From Prevotella sp. (GTDB lineage Bacteria > Bacteroidota > Bacteroidia > Bacteroidales > Bacteroidaceae): a stretch of DNA of 35,356 bases. Position numbers and translations under genes: made by a program. Shown piece after piece: positions 8,500 to 18,421 of the stretch. Within the stretch, counting starts at the first letter, position 1. The number at the start of each line of letters is the position of its first letter. The DNA lies in NCBI GenBank assembly GCA_045615485.1, contig JAZLEX010000046.1:1-35356 (forward strand), written 5' to 3'. The notes under the pieces are model-generated. The model made no database searches, was not told the DNA's origin, and saw only the letters and a program-made list of their open reading frames with translations.

Positions 8500-11400
8500 T
8501 TATTCGTCAAAACCAGGCTCTGCAGCCATGCTGTAACCAGTTTCTTCTTCAGGAATTTGGTATGGCTTGACTGTGTGAGTCATGTGATTATCAAGCATTC
8601 GGTTAATCTCCTTCAGTGAAATAACCATTGCGTAGATGTACATAGAAACGATTGAGTCAATGTACTCTGGCAATTGATCTACTGGCACTTCTGGAGCAGC
8701 ATGTGAAACCTCGTTGCGAGTGTTGTCATACTTGTCGCTGAACAACTTGTAGTAGATATTCTTGAATTCACGGAGATTTCCATCATGAGTGTAATACAAA
8801 GAATCAAGGTCACGGAAGAATGAGATTACCCACTTCAATCCGTCTGTTGCTTTGTCAACGCCCTTGATTGGCTTTGGCACATCGTCACCCTTGCGGAACT
8901 TGTACAACTGGCGCAAGTATGCTTCATACTTTGTCAGCAGGTGTCCATAGTACATCTGTGTCTGAACATCAAGCAAATCGCCTCTGTAGATGTGATTCAT
9001 ATAGATTGGCAACTTCTGCAAACCTGCCATACGAGGACTGTTTGCTGCGGTCATCGCCATAATCATCATCTGAACGACTTCTGCCATGTCAACATCATAG
9101 ACATTGCAAAGATGCTCAAACTTGTCTGTGAACTTATCTACCAAGAGCTGAATCAGCAGATTTGCATTGTACTCAGGCATCTTACTCTTACCAATGTATT
9201 CAGACATCATCTGCATGGTCATCTCAAAGAACTGGTTGGTGAACATCTGATCATTCTCCATAGTGTTCAGCAGATTCATGTACTTACCAATCTCGTCAAA
9301 TGCCTTTGCATTGAAACGGGTCTTCAGCGTTTCCATAATCATGTCCATTGTGTTGTGGGCAGAGAATGCCTGTACAACTTCTGGATCCTGCTTCAACAGT
9401 TCAATGAGGTGAGTGAGCAGCTTGTCATTTTCATCAAGGAAGCCAGCGTATGGCTCATTGATACCACTCAGCAAGTCCTTCAAAGTAATCATCTCTGGAT
9501 CTCCACCTTCTGTTGGCGAACCAGGCTGAGTAGGTTTGATTATGCCATCTGCCTCTTCGAGTGTGATGGCACCAGTCTCACGCATCTGTACACGGAACTT
9601 GCTCAGGTCTATCTTGTTCAGCAAATCAAGTGGCAAAGTTTCCTTGGTGTAAGGCAAGAACTTGTACAACAACTTCAGGAACACATAGTACTTCTCCAAC
9701 TCAGGGTCAAGGAAGCACATAATCTGTGCGATGAAACCATATTGACGGATGTAGCGGTTTACCAGTTTGCGGTACTTGCCCTGTTCCTCTTCGCTATAGT
9801 CCTTCACCTTGTCATCAACGATTTTACGCATCATTGGCGACAATACAGCAGGTTCTACGTTAGGGTCAGCCATTACTCTGGCAACTTCCTCTACCTGTTC
9901 TGGAGTGAAGCAGCCATAGTCATCGATGTCTGCCTTGAAGTCATAAAGCTTCTGGGTGTCAATCTTACCATCCAAGTATGTTGTCTGATAATATGGCTCG
10001 AAAGCCTTCTTCACACTATCGAATGTGTTCACAAAGTCAAAGACCATTGTGTCCTCCTTGTCTGGATGACAACGGTTCAGTCGGCTCAGAGTCTGTACGC
10101 ACTGGATGCCGCCCAATGTCTTGTCAACAAACATTGTGTGGAGCAATGGCTGGTCGAAACCTGTCTGGAACTTCTCGGCTACGATGAGTAGCTTCTCTTC
10201 TGGCTCCTCAAACTTAACCTTGATGCCGTTATCCTTGATGCCGTAGCCATTCATGTTCTCCTCGGTGTACTGATGACCATCGAGTTCTACCATGCCACTG
10301 AATGCAACAAGCGTCTTGATACGATCGTTGTATTTCTCGTGGATAATCTTGTCGAGAGCCTTCTTATAGCGTACAGCATCAGCACGGCTGCTTGTCACAA
10401 CCATTGCCTTTGCCTGATTCTGCATCTTGTGGAGAGTGTTCTGCATGAAGTAGGTCAGAATCATATCTGCCTTATAGTTGATGGCGTATGGATTCTGGTT
10501 TACATACTGCATAGCTACACGCAAAGCACCTGTCTTCTCGAAGAGTTCTTTCTCTGCTTCTGGCACACTACCTATCAACTCAAACATTGTCTGGAAGGTG
10601 GTGTAGTTGAGCAATACGTCTTTGATAAAACCTTCTTCGATGGCTTGCTTCATCTCATAGATGTCGAAAGCCTTAGTCTTGTTGCCATCCTTCGTACCAA
10701 ACAAAGCAAATGTACGCTCCTTTGGTGTAGCGGTGAATGCGAAGTATGAAATATGCTTCATCATTCTGCGAGCCGCCTGCATTTCTGAATACATGCGGTC
10801 AACATCGTTGTGAATCTCTGGGTCTGCATCTTCTACAACCGATTTCAACTGATCATCTGTACTCAAAGTTACACGGATGTCCTTTGCTGCTTCGTTACCC
10901 ATTGCCGAGTGCGCCTCGTCAATGATTACCGCAAAGTGATGACCAGCAAGTTTTGACAGGTGTTCTTGGGCAAAAGAAAACTTCTGAACAGTGCTGACTA
11001 TTATCTTTCCGCCTTCTTCAAGTGCTTTAGCAAGATTCTTTGAACCATGACGGATGTCCTTGACTGTTCCGCTAACGGTCTCAAAAGCCTTGATAGCGTC
11101 TGCAATGTTGCGGTCGAGCACGATGCGGTCAGTAACCATGATTACAGAGTCGAACACAGGAGTGTTGTCTGCATTCTGGAGGTTAGCCAACTGGTGAGCA
11201 AGCCAAGCCATTGAGTTGGTCTTGCCGGAACCTGCTGAATGCTGAACAAGGTAGTTTGTGCCAACTCCCTTTTCCTTCAGGTCGTTGATGATATTGCGAA
11301 CGCAACGCAACTGATGGTAGCGAGGGAAAATAGTCTTCCAAGGTGCGGCTGGCTTATCATGATACTGCTTGATGAAGTGCTGGATGATGTTCAGGAGTGA

Positions 11401-12126
11401 GTCTGCCTGAAGAATCTCCTTCCACATGTAGCAGGTAGCATAGTCACCTTCAACAACAGGGTTCTCTGTTTCTTTATTGAAAGGCAAGAAGTATGTCTCT
11501 TCGCCATTCAACTTTGTGGTCATCATCACTCTGTTAGTGTCCATGGCAAAGTGAACGAGACATGTACGGAGCATCTTGTTGGTCTTGTCACGGTCAACAC
11601 AATACTGATGCATACCATTTGCTACGTTCTGACCTGTGCCTTCGTTCTTCAATTCGAAGGTCATGAGTGGGAAGCCGTTAACAAGGATGGTGAGGTCAAG
11701 TTCATTACCCTTGTCGGCAGCTGCTGTAGAGTAATGCATCTGACGAACCACGGCAAAGCGGTTTGCCTCGTAGAGTCGCTGATTGTCATCCCCCAGATTC
11801 ATATCTGGCTTGAACTGGAGTATCTTGATGCTGATGCCTTGAAGGGTGAAGCCTTCTCGGAGCAGTTTGAGGTACGAGCCGCCACGTCGCAACTGGCGGT
11901 TATATTCATTGATAGCGGCTTCGAGGGCATCTGACTCGTTGCCGAAGTTCTTCACAAGTCTGCGCCATGCATCTGTCTGTGCCTTCAGGAAGTCACAGAA
12001 CATCTGTGGGTCAACAAGACGTTCGATGTCGAAATCCTTTGGAGAACGCTGAACATACAGAGGACTCTGCGACAAGTACTCTGCAATATGCTTCTCAAAT
12101 GCTGTTTCGTTCAGTTTTACTATCAT
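8500..12126 (-). CDS. hsdR: Type I restriction enzyme R subunit with a C-terminal HEPN-like extension
   Basis: ELDL..FELKN nuclease motif, HSAGSGKT, IIDEAH, TATP, KFQTGFDQP, QTLSRLNR; about 220 extra aa containing RNEVSH. Confidence 0.92.
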   Translation of the reverse strand: MIVKLNETAFEKHIAEYLSQSPLYVQRSPKDFDIERLVDPQMFCDFLKAQTDAWRRLVKNFGNESDALEAAINEYNRQLRRGGSYLKLLREGFTLQGISIKILQFKPDMNLGDDNQRLYEANRFAVVRQMHYSTAAADKGNELDLTILVNGFPLMTFELKNEGTGQNVANGMHQYCVDRDKTNKMLRTCLVHFAMDTNRVMMTTKLNGEETYFLPFNKETENPVVEGDYATCYMWKEILQADSLLNIIQHFIKQYHDKPAAPWKTIFPRYHQLRCVRNIINDLKEKGVGTNYLVQHSAGSGKTNSMAWLAHQLANLQNADNTPVFDSVIMVTDRIVLDRNIADAIKAFETVSGTVKDIRHGSKNLAKALEEGGKIIVSTVQKFSFAQEHLSKLAGHHFAVIIDEAHSAMGNEAAKDIRVTLSTDDQLKSVVEDADPEIHNDVDRMYSEMQAARRMMKHISYFAFTATPKERTFALFGTKDGNKTKAFDIYEMKQAIEEGFIKDVLLNYTTFQTMFELIGSVPEAEKELFEKTGALRVAMQYVNQNPYAINYKADMILTYFMQNTLHKMQNQAKAMVVTSSRADAVRYKKALDKIIHEKYNDRIKTLVAFSGMVELDGHQYTEENMNGYGIKDNGIKVKFEEPEEKLLIVAEKFQTGFDQPLLHTMFVDKTLGGIQCVQTLSRLNRCHPDKEDTMVFDFVNTFDSVKKAFEPYYQTTYLDGKIDTQKLYDFKADIDDYGCFTPEQVEEVARVMADPNVEPAVLSPMMRKIVDDKVKDYSEEEQGKYRKLVNRYIRQYGFIAQIMCFLDPELEKYYVFLKLLYKFLPYTKETLPLDLLNKIDLSKFRVQMRETGAITLEEADGIIKPTQPGSPTEGGDPEMITLKDLLSGINEPYAGFLDENDKLLTHLIELLKQDPEVVQAFSAHNTMDMIMETLKTRFNAKAFDEIGKYMNLLNTMENDQMFTNQFFEMTMQMMSEYIGKSKMPEYNANLLIQLLVDKFTDKFEHLCNVYDVDMAEVVQMMIMAMTAANSPRMAGLQKLPIYMNHIYRGDLLDVQTQMYYGHLLTKYEAYLRQLYKFRKGDDVPKPIKGVDKATDGLKWVISFFRDLDSLYYTHDGNLREFKNIYYKLFSDKYDNTRNEVSHAAPEVPVDQLPEYIDSIVSMYIYAMVISLKEINRMLDNHMTHTVKPYQIPEEETGYSMAAEPGFDE

Positions 12127-12140
12127 AGATATGAGACTAA

Positions 12141-13766
12141 TTATTTCTTTATACTATATGTTCTATTCTTATTTGCTCCTTCTGGAGTTAGCATATTGAT
12201 GTCAACTAAACCTTTAATATATTTTTTAGCTGCCTCTTTACCTTTAGCAATAGCTTCGGCTATAGTTGCTGTACTTACGTGAGGATTATTCTGTACGAAT
12301 ACCAAAATATCGGTATATACATTGATTGTATTCTCGTTTATCGGTAATTTATCGGTATCGCTACTTGATAATCCATCATTATCGGTAATATCTACTGATA
12401 TTTTCTCGATAATTATATTTCGGTATTCTTCTTTGTCAACCAGATCAGATGCAACTTTCTTTATCATTTCCCCTTCTGTTATCAAGCCTTCTGCATCGTC
12501 ATATAGTTCCAGCATTGCATCTGCATCCTGTTCGTGTCCATCAAATGGAAGAGTGAGTACTGTACGTGGGGCTTCACCTGTTTGTTCATTGATGTTGGCA
12601 TCGGTGTGATACACTTTCTTCCATACATGCATAATTCCATTCAGACCGCTTCCTGCACGTTCGCCAAAGCGAATCAGGGAGAAGAATTTTAGAATGGTAC
12701 TGTTACGGGGGTCAGAGACACCTCCTTCAATAGCCTCTGTCTTCGAAATACGCATACCTCCAGGGTTTGCAAACGTGAATCCGTCCTTGTTCTTAGAGAT
12801 TACTACACCACGTCTGCCCCAATAGTCAGCGTTGGTAAGCGTGTTGACTACTGCCTCACGAAGTATCTTGTGCATAGGTGTATCATCGACGCGTTGCATT
12901 CCCTTCAGAACAAACGGTACTTTCAGGTCTGACTGCAGTTTTGGTAGCACCTTAAAGGTGAAATCGAACAAGTTTCCGCTCCAGTCACCTGAAGAGGATG
13001 TGATACGGTCTTTCCATCTTGTTACACCCACCATTACACGGTCTTCCTGATAGTCGAGGAAGTACTGAGGGAATCGGCTTGTAATCTCATATTCGTAGCC
13101 GAACATCAGCAAACCTGCTTCAGTCGGATGATACAATCCATCATCTGCCATAGCGACAGCCTTTATCCTACGAAGGAACATTTCGTTGTCCAGTTTGTTC
13201 CAGATGTGATGTGGGTTAGTACTCTTGAAGACATTGCGATAACCATTTACGCTTTCCTCGCAGAAGACAGACATGTCCATCTCCTTTATGGGCTGTGCAT
13301 CCAGTGGGGATGAAGATGCATCGCGAAGCATTGCGCTAATCTCTTCCACTGAGCACAAGTGATCACCTTCGCCCCATCTCTGGTATGTGCCACCTCTTGG
13401 GTCTTGACCTTTATATACAGGACGAATCATACGCTCTGCTCTTGGCACCTCCACGACAAGAATGTCCTTACCTTCAAGCTTAGCTGGATATACCATCGAA
13501 TTGGTCATGATGTTGTGACTAATCTTTTGGCGATTATTCACAAGTTTCCAAAATGTCTCTCGGGTCTTTTCCACATCTTTCAGACCCTCCTGCATGTAGA
13601 GTCTATGGTCGCTTGTTTCCTCTACACCCAGCAGAATAGTGCCACCATCGGTATTTGCGAATGCTGAGTATGTTTCCCAAAATGAATCAGGAAAACCGCC
13701 TTTAGCACTCTTGGCTTCGATGAGATGGTTCTCATTCTTGCCTAATATGTTTGTAAGGTCTATCAT
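12141..13766 (-). CDS. Schlafen/AlbA_2 + HATPase_c_4 (RecG_C-like) + winged-HTH protein
   Basis: ENHLIEAK..SAFANTDGGTILLGV (AlbA_2); LREAVVN..NPG..PRN..ERAGSG; C-terminal HTH ending GANKNRTY. Confidence 0.85.
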   Translation of the reverse strand: MIDLTNILGKNENHLIEAKSAKGGFPDSFWETYSAFANTDGGTILLGVEETSDHRLYMQEGLKDVEKTRETFWKLVNNRQKISHNIMTNSMVYPAKLEGKDILVVEVPRAERMIRPVYKGQDPRGGTYQRWGEGDHLCSVEEISAMLRDASSSPLDAQPIKEMDMSVFCEESVNGYRNVFKSTNPHHIWNKLDNEMFLRRIKAVAMADDGLYHPTEAGLLMFGYEYEITSRFPQYFLDYQEDRVMVGVTRWKDRITSSSGDWSGNLFDFTFKVLPKLQSDLKVPFVLKGMQRVDDTPMHKILREAVVNTLTNADYWGRRGVVISKNKDGFTFANPGGMRISKTEAIEGGVSDPRNSTILKFFSLIRFGERAGSGLNGIMHVWKKVYHTDANINEQTGEAPRTVLTLPFDGHEQDADAMLELYDDAEGLITEGEMIKKVASDLVDKEEYRNIIIEKISVDITDNDGLSSSDTDKLPINENTINVYTDILVFVQNNPHVSTATIAEAIAKGKEAAKKYIKGLVDINMLTPEGANKNRTYSIKK

Positions 13767-13793
13767 GTTTTTACTTTTTGTTGCTAAGATGTA

Positions 13794-15110
13794 TTAACAA
13801 ACCTTGCGTTTGCCTGTGACTACTTCTGTTATAAGCGATTGCTTGTATTCCTTCAAGAGCTCTATCTGGCGAAGGGCTTTGGTGATGGCATTATCAGCAG
13901 GTTTGATTTTATTCTCTATCTCTTGAACAATTGAATTTTGTTCGTTAAGTGGCGGGAGAATAACTTTCATCTGTCGCAATTCTGTTTTATTGAATTTGCT
14001 TTGCGCTGCAGCTTGTCCCATCAAAACTAATGATTCTCTACCACCTTTGCTCATAAAGTAATAATAGAAGAATTTATCATTATACTTGGTTCGCAACAAA
14101 ATAGCATTTGGACCAAGAGTCATTTTGTCATAAAGATTGTTAGGAACCATGTAAACGTCGCCAATTGATGCTCCAATATTTGGTAGAATTATCTCCCCAC
14201 CATATAAATTTGAATTTGAAAGGAATTCATAAGAATCTTTGGACACATAAACCGGTTGTACATCTTTGTTTTTCTGAGATAAGTCGGCAGTTCTTACAAG
14301 AAGAGCATAGTCGGGCTCATCAAGATATTGAACATTATTTCTTAAATCTGCAAAACTGCCGCTTGCGACAAAGTCTGTAATAACTTTGCATACATTATTC
14401 ATCTTCATGACCTCCCAATGCTCTGGAATCTCTCCAATCCATTCTACGCCAGAATCTTTGAGTTTTGCATTAGGATTTATGCCACGAGTAACGGCACGAG
14501 TGATGATAGATTGCTTCAGTTCACGAAGCAACTCCACACGCTTCTCCTGCGTTGCAATAACATTGTCTATCTTGCTACATTTTGTATCGAGGTAGTTGGC
14601 GATGGCTGTTTGTTCTTCATTTGGTGGTAAAGAAACAAACATCTGATCAATCACATTATTCGTCAATTGATTAATTGTAGTTGTTGCGAAAAGACCTTTA
14701 TAAAAACTAATGGCTGTCTGAAATAGGTAATAGCCAAACATCTTGTCAATAAAAGGTATATAACGCATCATAAATGCGCCAAAAGTAGCGTTAATATCAT
14801 CATCTACAATTGCACATTTTCCTACCAATGCGGCACTTCCGTTTCGGGAACAAATGATTATATCTCCTTTCTGAACCATCAAATCGTTAGGCGCTGAATT
14901 AACATATACACAGTCCTCATAATCCATTTTTGAATTCTGTATATTAGAAGAACGAAGTACCAAAACTCCATTTTCACATACATCCGAAGGCGAATATGTT
15001 AAGCCATTGCCGAAAGAACCAGTCCTCTTTAACGGCACAGCCTCCCAGTGGCTTGGAATTTCCCCAATCCACTCTACGCCAGAGTCTTTATATGAATCGT
15101 ACTTCTCCAT
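13794..15110 (-). CDS. hsdS: Type I R-M specificity subunit
   Basis: Two TRDs, each preceded by KDSGVEWIGEIPxHW; LPP..EQ..I conserved helices; ends SLITEVVTGK. Confidence 0.95.
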   Translation of the reverse strand: MEKYDSYKDSGVEWIGEIPSHWEAVPLKRTGSFGNGLTYSPSDVCENGVLVLRSSNIQNSKMDYEDCVYVNSAPNDLMVQKGDIIICSRNGSAALVGKCAIVDDDINATFGAFMMRYIPFIDKMFGYYLFQTAISFYKGLFATTTINQLTNNVIDQMFVSLPPNEEQTAIANYLDTKCSKIDNVIATQEKRVELLRELKQSIITRAVTRGINPNAKLKDSGVEWIGEIPEHWEVMKMNNVCKVITDFVASGSFADLRNNVQYLDEPDYALLVRTADLSQKNKDVQPVYVSKDSYEFLSNSNLYGGEIILPNIGASIGDVYMVPNNLYDKMTLGPNAILLRTKYNDKFFYYYFMSKGGRESLVLMGQAAAQSKFNKTELRQMKVILPPLNEQNSIVQEIENKIKPADNAITKALRQIELLKEYKQSLITEVVTGKRKVC

Positions 15111-15112
15111 GC

Positions 15113-17113
15113 TTACGCCTCTTTAAGTTCTGACAATTCGGCTTCCATTTCCTTATCAAGTGCAGCAAGTTCTGCAAGAATCTCTTCACTTGAACGGAGT
15201 GGTTTGTAACGATAGAACAGCTTTGTGAATGGGAACTCGCAACCTATCTTATCCTTTTCCCTATCCATCCAAGCATCGGGAACGAATTTCAAGACTTCTG
15301 TCTCAAAGTACTCTTCAATGCTACGCTTCATTGGAATAGACTCAGTATCACTCAGGTTACTATCTGCCACCTTTCCTGATTCGGCATCTCCTGGTTTCTC
15401 GTAAACCTCAGGAGCATTCTCATCTGTTGTGCCAAGCCATCCACGTAGTTTCTTAATCATGGCAGCAGCAATACGCTTTTGACCATTCTTTGCAAGGAAG
15501 GCAAAGAACTCGGCATCCGTGCGCTCTGTGTCGAGACCTTCAATCTTTTGAAGTTCTGCAAGGTATTCTGCATCTTTCTTTGGCAGTTTCTTGCCTGTGC
15601 TTTCATCAAGAAGGTCGGCAATCTTAGCACTTACATCTTTGTATGTTAAGCGCAAAGGACGCTGAACACTAACTTTAGTGTAAAGGAAGTCTTCGATGTC
15701 CATCAGTTTGGCGACATCCTGTTCTTCGCCTTCGAGAATCTGCTTTGCAGGAACGTAGTTGCGATAGAGCTCAACGATTTCGTCTGAAGACTTCTCGCTG
15801 ATTTCGTAACGCTTCTTACCCAAGCTTCGCTGAAGAGGAGTGGCAAAGTCATCGTGTGCTGCATTGATGAACAGCACTTTGTCCTTGTGGCTTGCAGGCT
15901 TGTTGTTATCAAGAATCCACAGGTATGAACTTATGTCTGTACCATAGAACAAGTTCTTTGGCAGAGCCACAATAGCATCGAGAAGGTCACGGTCGAGCAA
16001 TGACTTGCGAATATTGCTCCAGCCACTTCCGGCATCACCATTGAAGAGCGGTGAGCCGTTCAGAACGATACCAATTCGAGCACCCTTAGGATCCATCTTG
16101 TGAATCATGTGCATGAGGAATAGCAATGAACCATCACTTGTACTTGGAAGCCCGGCAGAGAATCGTCCGTTCGGATCTTCTGCTTCTTTCTTGATAGCCT
16201 CTTCGCTCTTCTTCCAGTCAACACCGAAAGGAGGATTGGTAATCATGTAGTTGAAAGTCTTGCCAGCAGCATGGTCATCGGTAAGTGTGTTGCCAAGGTA
16301 GATACCAGAGGCATCTTCATCCTTCATCATGATGTCAGACTTGCAGATGGCGTATGTCTGCTCATTTATCTCCTGACCATAGAGTTTGATGATCATCTTG
16401 CGGTCAGTCTGTTCGCGAAGATAGTCCTTTGCTACAGTCACCATACCACCAGTACCACATGCAGGGTCGTACAGTGAGAAGTTCTGACCTTCCTCATGGA
16501 TGCGCTCTTCCTGTCCGCACATAACAAGGCGTACCAACAGACGAACAATCTCACGTGGGGTATAGAACTGACCCGCAGCCTCGTTGGTGGACTCCTTCGA
16601 ATAGCGGATGATGGTCTCGAAGACTGTACCCATCATGTGGTTGTCAACGCTGTCTGGGTGAAGGTCTGCCTTTACGCAGAACTCCTGAGTAACCTTGTAG
16701 AGCAAGCCCTTGCGAGCAAGAGTAGCGTAGATTGGGCTAAGACCATTCTCCTCGCCACCAGTGAAGTTGTAGAGGATGTCCTTGATATTTGCGCTATAGC
16801 CCTGAAGGTATGTCTTGAAGTTGTCTGCAATAGCAACAGGATTAGCCAAAAGTGAGTTGAGTGTCAAGCCAGAGAGGTTATAGAATGGCACACCTTTCAG
16901 TTTGAGAAACTGAGGGAGGAGTGCTTCACGTTTCTCTTCCGGTATCTGTTCAAGAGCTGATTTGATAATGTCCTGCTTGTCTTCCAACACGCAATCAAGA
17001 CGACGAAGGAGCGTGAAAGGCAGAATCACCTGGTCAACATCCTTGTCATTGTAGTCATCACGGATAAGTTCCTTGATAGACCATATCATTTGTGCTAATT
17101 CCTGAGCTGTCAT
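15113..17113 (-). CDS. hsdM: Type I R-M N6-adenine methyltransferase subunit
   Basis: AGQFYTPREIV, YDPACGTGGM (motif I), NPPFG (motif IV). Confidence 0.95.
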   Translation of the reverse strand: MTAQELAQMIWSIKELIRDDYNDKDVDQVILPFTLLRRLDCVLEDKQDIIKSALEQIPEEKREALLPQFLKLKGVPFYNLSGLTLNSLLANPVAIADNFKTYLQGYSANIKDILYNFTGGEENGLSPIYATLARKGLLYKVTQEFCVKADLHPDSVDNHMMGTVFETIIRYSKESTNEAAGQFYTPREIVRLLVRLVMCGQEERIHEEGQNFSLYDPACGTGGMVTVAKDYLREQTDRKMIIKLYGQEINEQTYAICKSDIMMKDEDASGIYLGNTLTDDHAAGKTFNYMITNPPFGVDWKKSEEAIKKEAEDPNGRFSAGLPSTSDGSLLFLMHMIHKMDPKGARIGIVLNGSPLFNGDAGSGWSNIRKSLLDRDLLDAIVALPKNLFYGTDISSYLWILDNNKPASHKDKVLFINAAHDDFATPLQRSLGKKRYEISEKSSDEIVELYRNYVPAKQILEGEEQDVAKLMDIEDFLYTKVSVQRPLRLTYKDVSAKIADLLDESTGKKLPKKDAEYLAELQKIEGLDTERTDAEFFAFLAKNGQKRIAAAMIKKLRGWLGTTDENAPEVYEKPGDAESGKVADSNLSDTESIPMKRSIEEYFETEVLKFVPDAWMDREKDKIGCEFPFTKLFYRYKPLRSSEEILAELAALDKEMEAELSELKEA

Positions 17114-17137
17114 ATCTGTTGTATTTTAATTCGGGTG

Positions 17138-17172
17138 CAAAGATAGGTGCAACGAGTGCGACTATTCTGCAC
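17138..17172 (-). promoter_or_regulatory. -7 box TATCTTTG plus operator GTGCG-N7-TGCAC overlapping the WYL stop codon (candidate WYL site 3)
   Basis: caaagata at 17138-17145; gtgcg-actattc-tgcac at 17156-17172. Confidence 0.75.
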
Positions 17173-18184
17173 AGGAGGTATAAATTTCAAAGTTTGCTTT
17201 AATTTTGTTGAAAATCTGCTGCTTAAAAGACTCTGGAGAGAGTACTTTTACATCAGAACCGAATGAAAGTATCTGTGTGATTAACTCATTGTTAGGTCTT
17301 ACGTCAATACTGATTATGCGTTCTTCTTCGTTTACAGTTTCCTGAGATCGATGTATAGGTTTAGATGTAACGTATGGGAATCGACCTTCTGTGAATTGAA
17401 GTTCAATGTGTAGTTTCTCGACACCTTTGTCTGGTATGGTTACACCGACAACATCGTCAAAGTAGTGCTCGAAGTCAATGTCATTGTTAGGGATAAACTG
17501 GATGTCTTCTGCCACATTCATCTTGACTATGCGGTCAAGAGCAATGGTATCAATGTTGCGGTATTTATCATCCAAGCCGAACAAGAACCAGCGGTTATTG
17601 AACTGCTTCACATAGTAAGGGTGGACAGTGAAGAAAATATCACGTCCGCCATTCTTGAAGTTGTGATAAAGGATTTCCACAACCTGATGATTGGATGTCA
17701 CATCAAGAACGTCACTCAATTTATCCAACCCCTTTAGGTCTTGATTCTGTTCAAAGCTGACAACATTCTCCTTGTTGCCTTTCAGGTTGAAACGCCATTC
17801 GAGGTTAGAGATTACTTCGTCAACCCACTCATTGCAAGGCAAACCACGGAAACGGCTCAATGTAATAATAACTGTTTCCAGTTGCTGTGCTTCTTCATCT
17901 GTCAATGGCTGCTCATTGATAGTGAAGTCTTTCTCGTAATAGCGATAATAGGTTTTCTTGCCATCTTTCAGACGGTCAAGAGGAATACTCCATCCTGCCA
18001 TACTCTCCATGAAGCGAATGTCATCAAAGATTTGACGACGACTCACATTGGCAGTGAAGTTGAATGACTCCAACTCTTCTTCGCACTTCTCAATCAAGTC
18101 CTCGATGTAGTATCGATGACGATAATCACGGAAGCACTTGTCTAATGCTCTATACCTGATTGTAGCGTTCTTGTTTGTAGCCAT
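17162..18184 (-). CDS. WYL-domain transcriptional regulator (wHTH-WYL-WCX)
   Basis: MATNKNATIRY..VSRRQIFDDIRFM HTH; HPYYVKQFNNRWFLFG..IALDRI WYL motif; LSFGSDVKVLSP WCX. Confidence 0.92.
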   Translation of the reverse strand: MATNKNATIRYRALDKCFRDYRHRYYIEDLIEKCEEELESFNFTANVSRRQIFDDIRFMESMAGWSIPLDRLKDGKKTYYRYYEKDFTINEQPLTDEEAQQLETVIITLSRFRGLPCNEWVDEVISNLEWRFNLKGNKENVVSFEQNQDLKGLDKLSDVLDVTSNHQVVEILYHNFKNGGRDIFFTVHPYYVKQFNNRWFLFGLDDKYRNIDTIALDRIVKMNVAEDIQFIPNNDIDFEHYFDDVVGVTIPDKGVEKLHIELQFTEGRFPYVTSKPIHRSQETVNEEERIISIDVRPNNELITQILSFGSDVKVLSPESFKQQIFNKIKANFEIYTSCAE

Positions 18185-18205
18185 GGTGGAGTTTTGGTTA
18201 GGGAT

Positions 18206-18421
18206 TTACTTTTCGAAGTTTGGTTGTCTAACGAGATCGCCCACAGGAACCTGTAGTATCTCTGAGATTCGGAGAAGTATCTCCAGTGAAGGCTGAGTGG
18301 TATTTGTACACCACTTGCTGATTACAGCAGGATCCTTACCTAACTGACCAGCGAGCCATTTTGCAGTCTTTCCTTGCTCAACAAGAGCAATCTTTATACG
18401 ATTCAGTTTTCTGTCTTCCAT
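18206..18421 (-). CDS. XRE-family helix-turn-helix regulator
   Basis: LNRIKIALVEQGKTAKWLA..ISKWCTNTTQPSLE. ATG at 18421; -7 box TATTTTTG at 18445-18452. Confidence 0.9.
   Translation of the reverse strand: MEDRKLNRIKIALVEQGKTAKWLAGQLGKDPAVISKWCTNTTQPSLEILLRISEILQVPVGDLVRQPNFEK

Noticed and set aside
8941-10191. 416-aa plus-strand ORF, and the other antisense ORFs over island and ribosomal genes
   Set aside because: They lie opposite well-supported genes, have no recognisable motifs, and are explained by codon bias on the coding strand.
14412-15090. Direct repeat within hsdS as a phase-variation shufflon
   Set aside because: It is the normal duplicated conserved region of HsdS. There are no silent hsdS copies, inverted repeats or invertase in the window.
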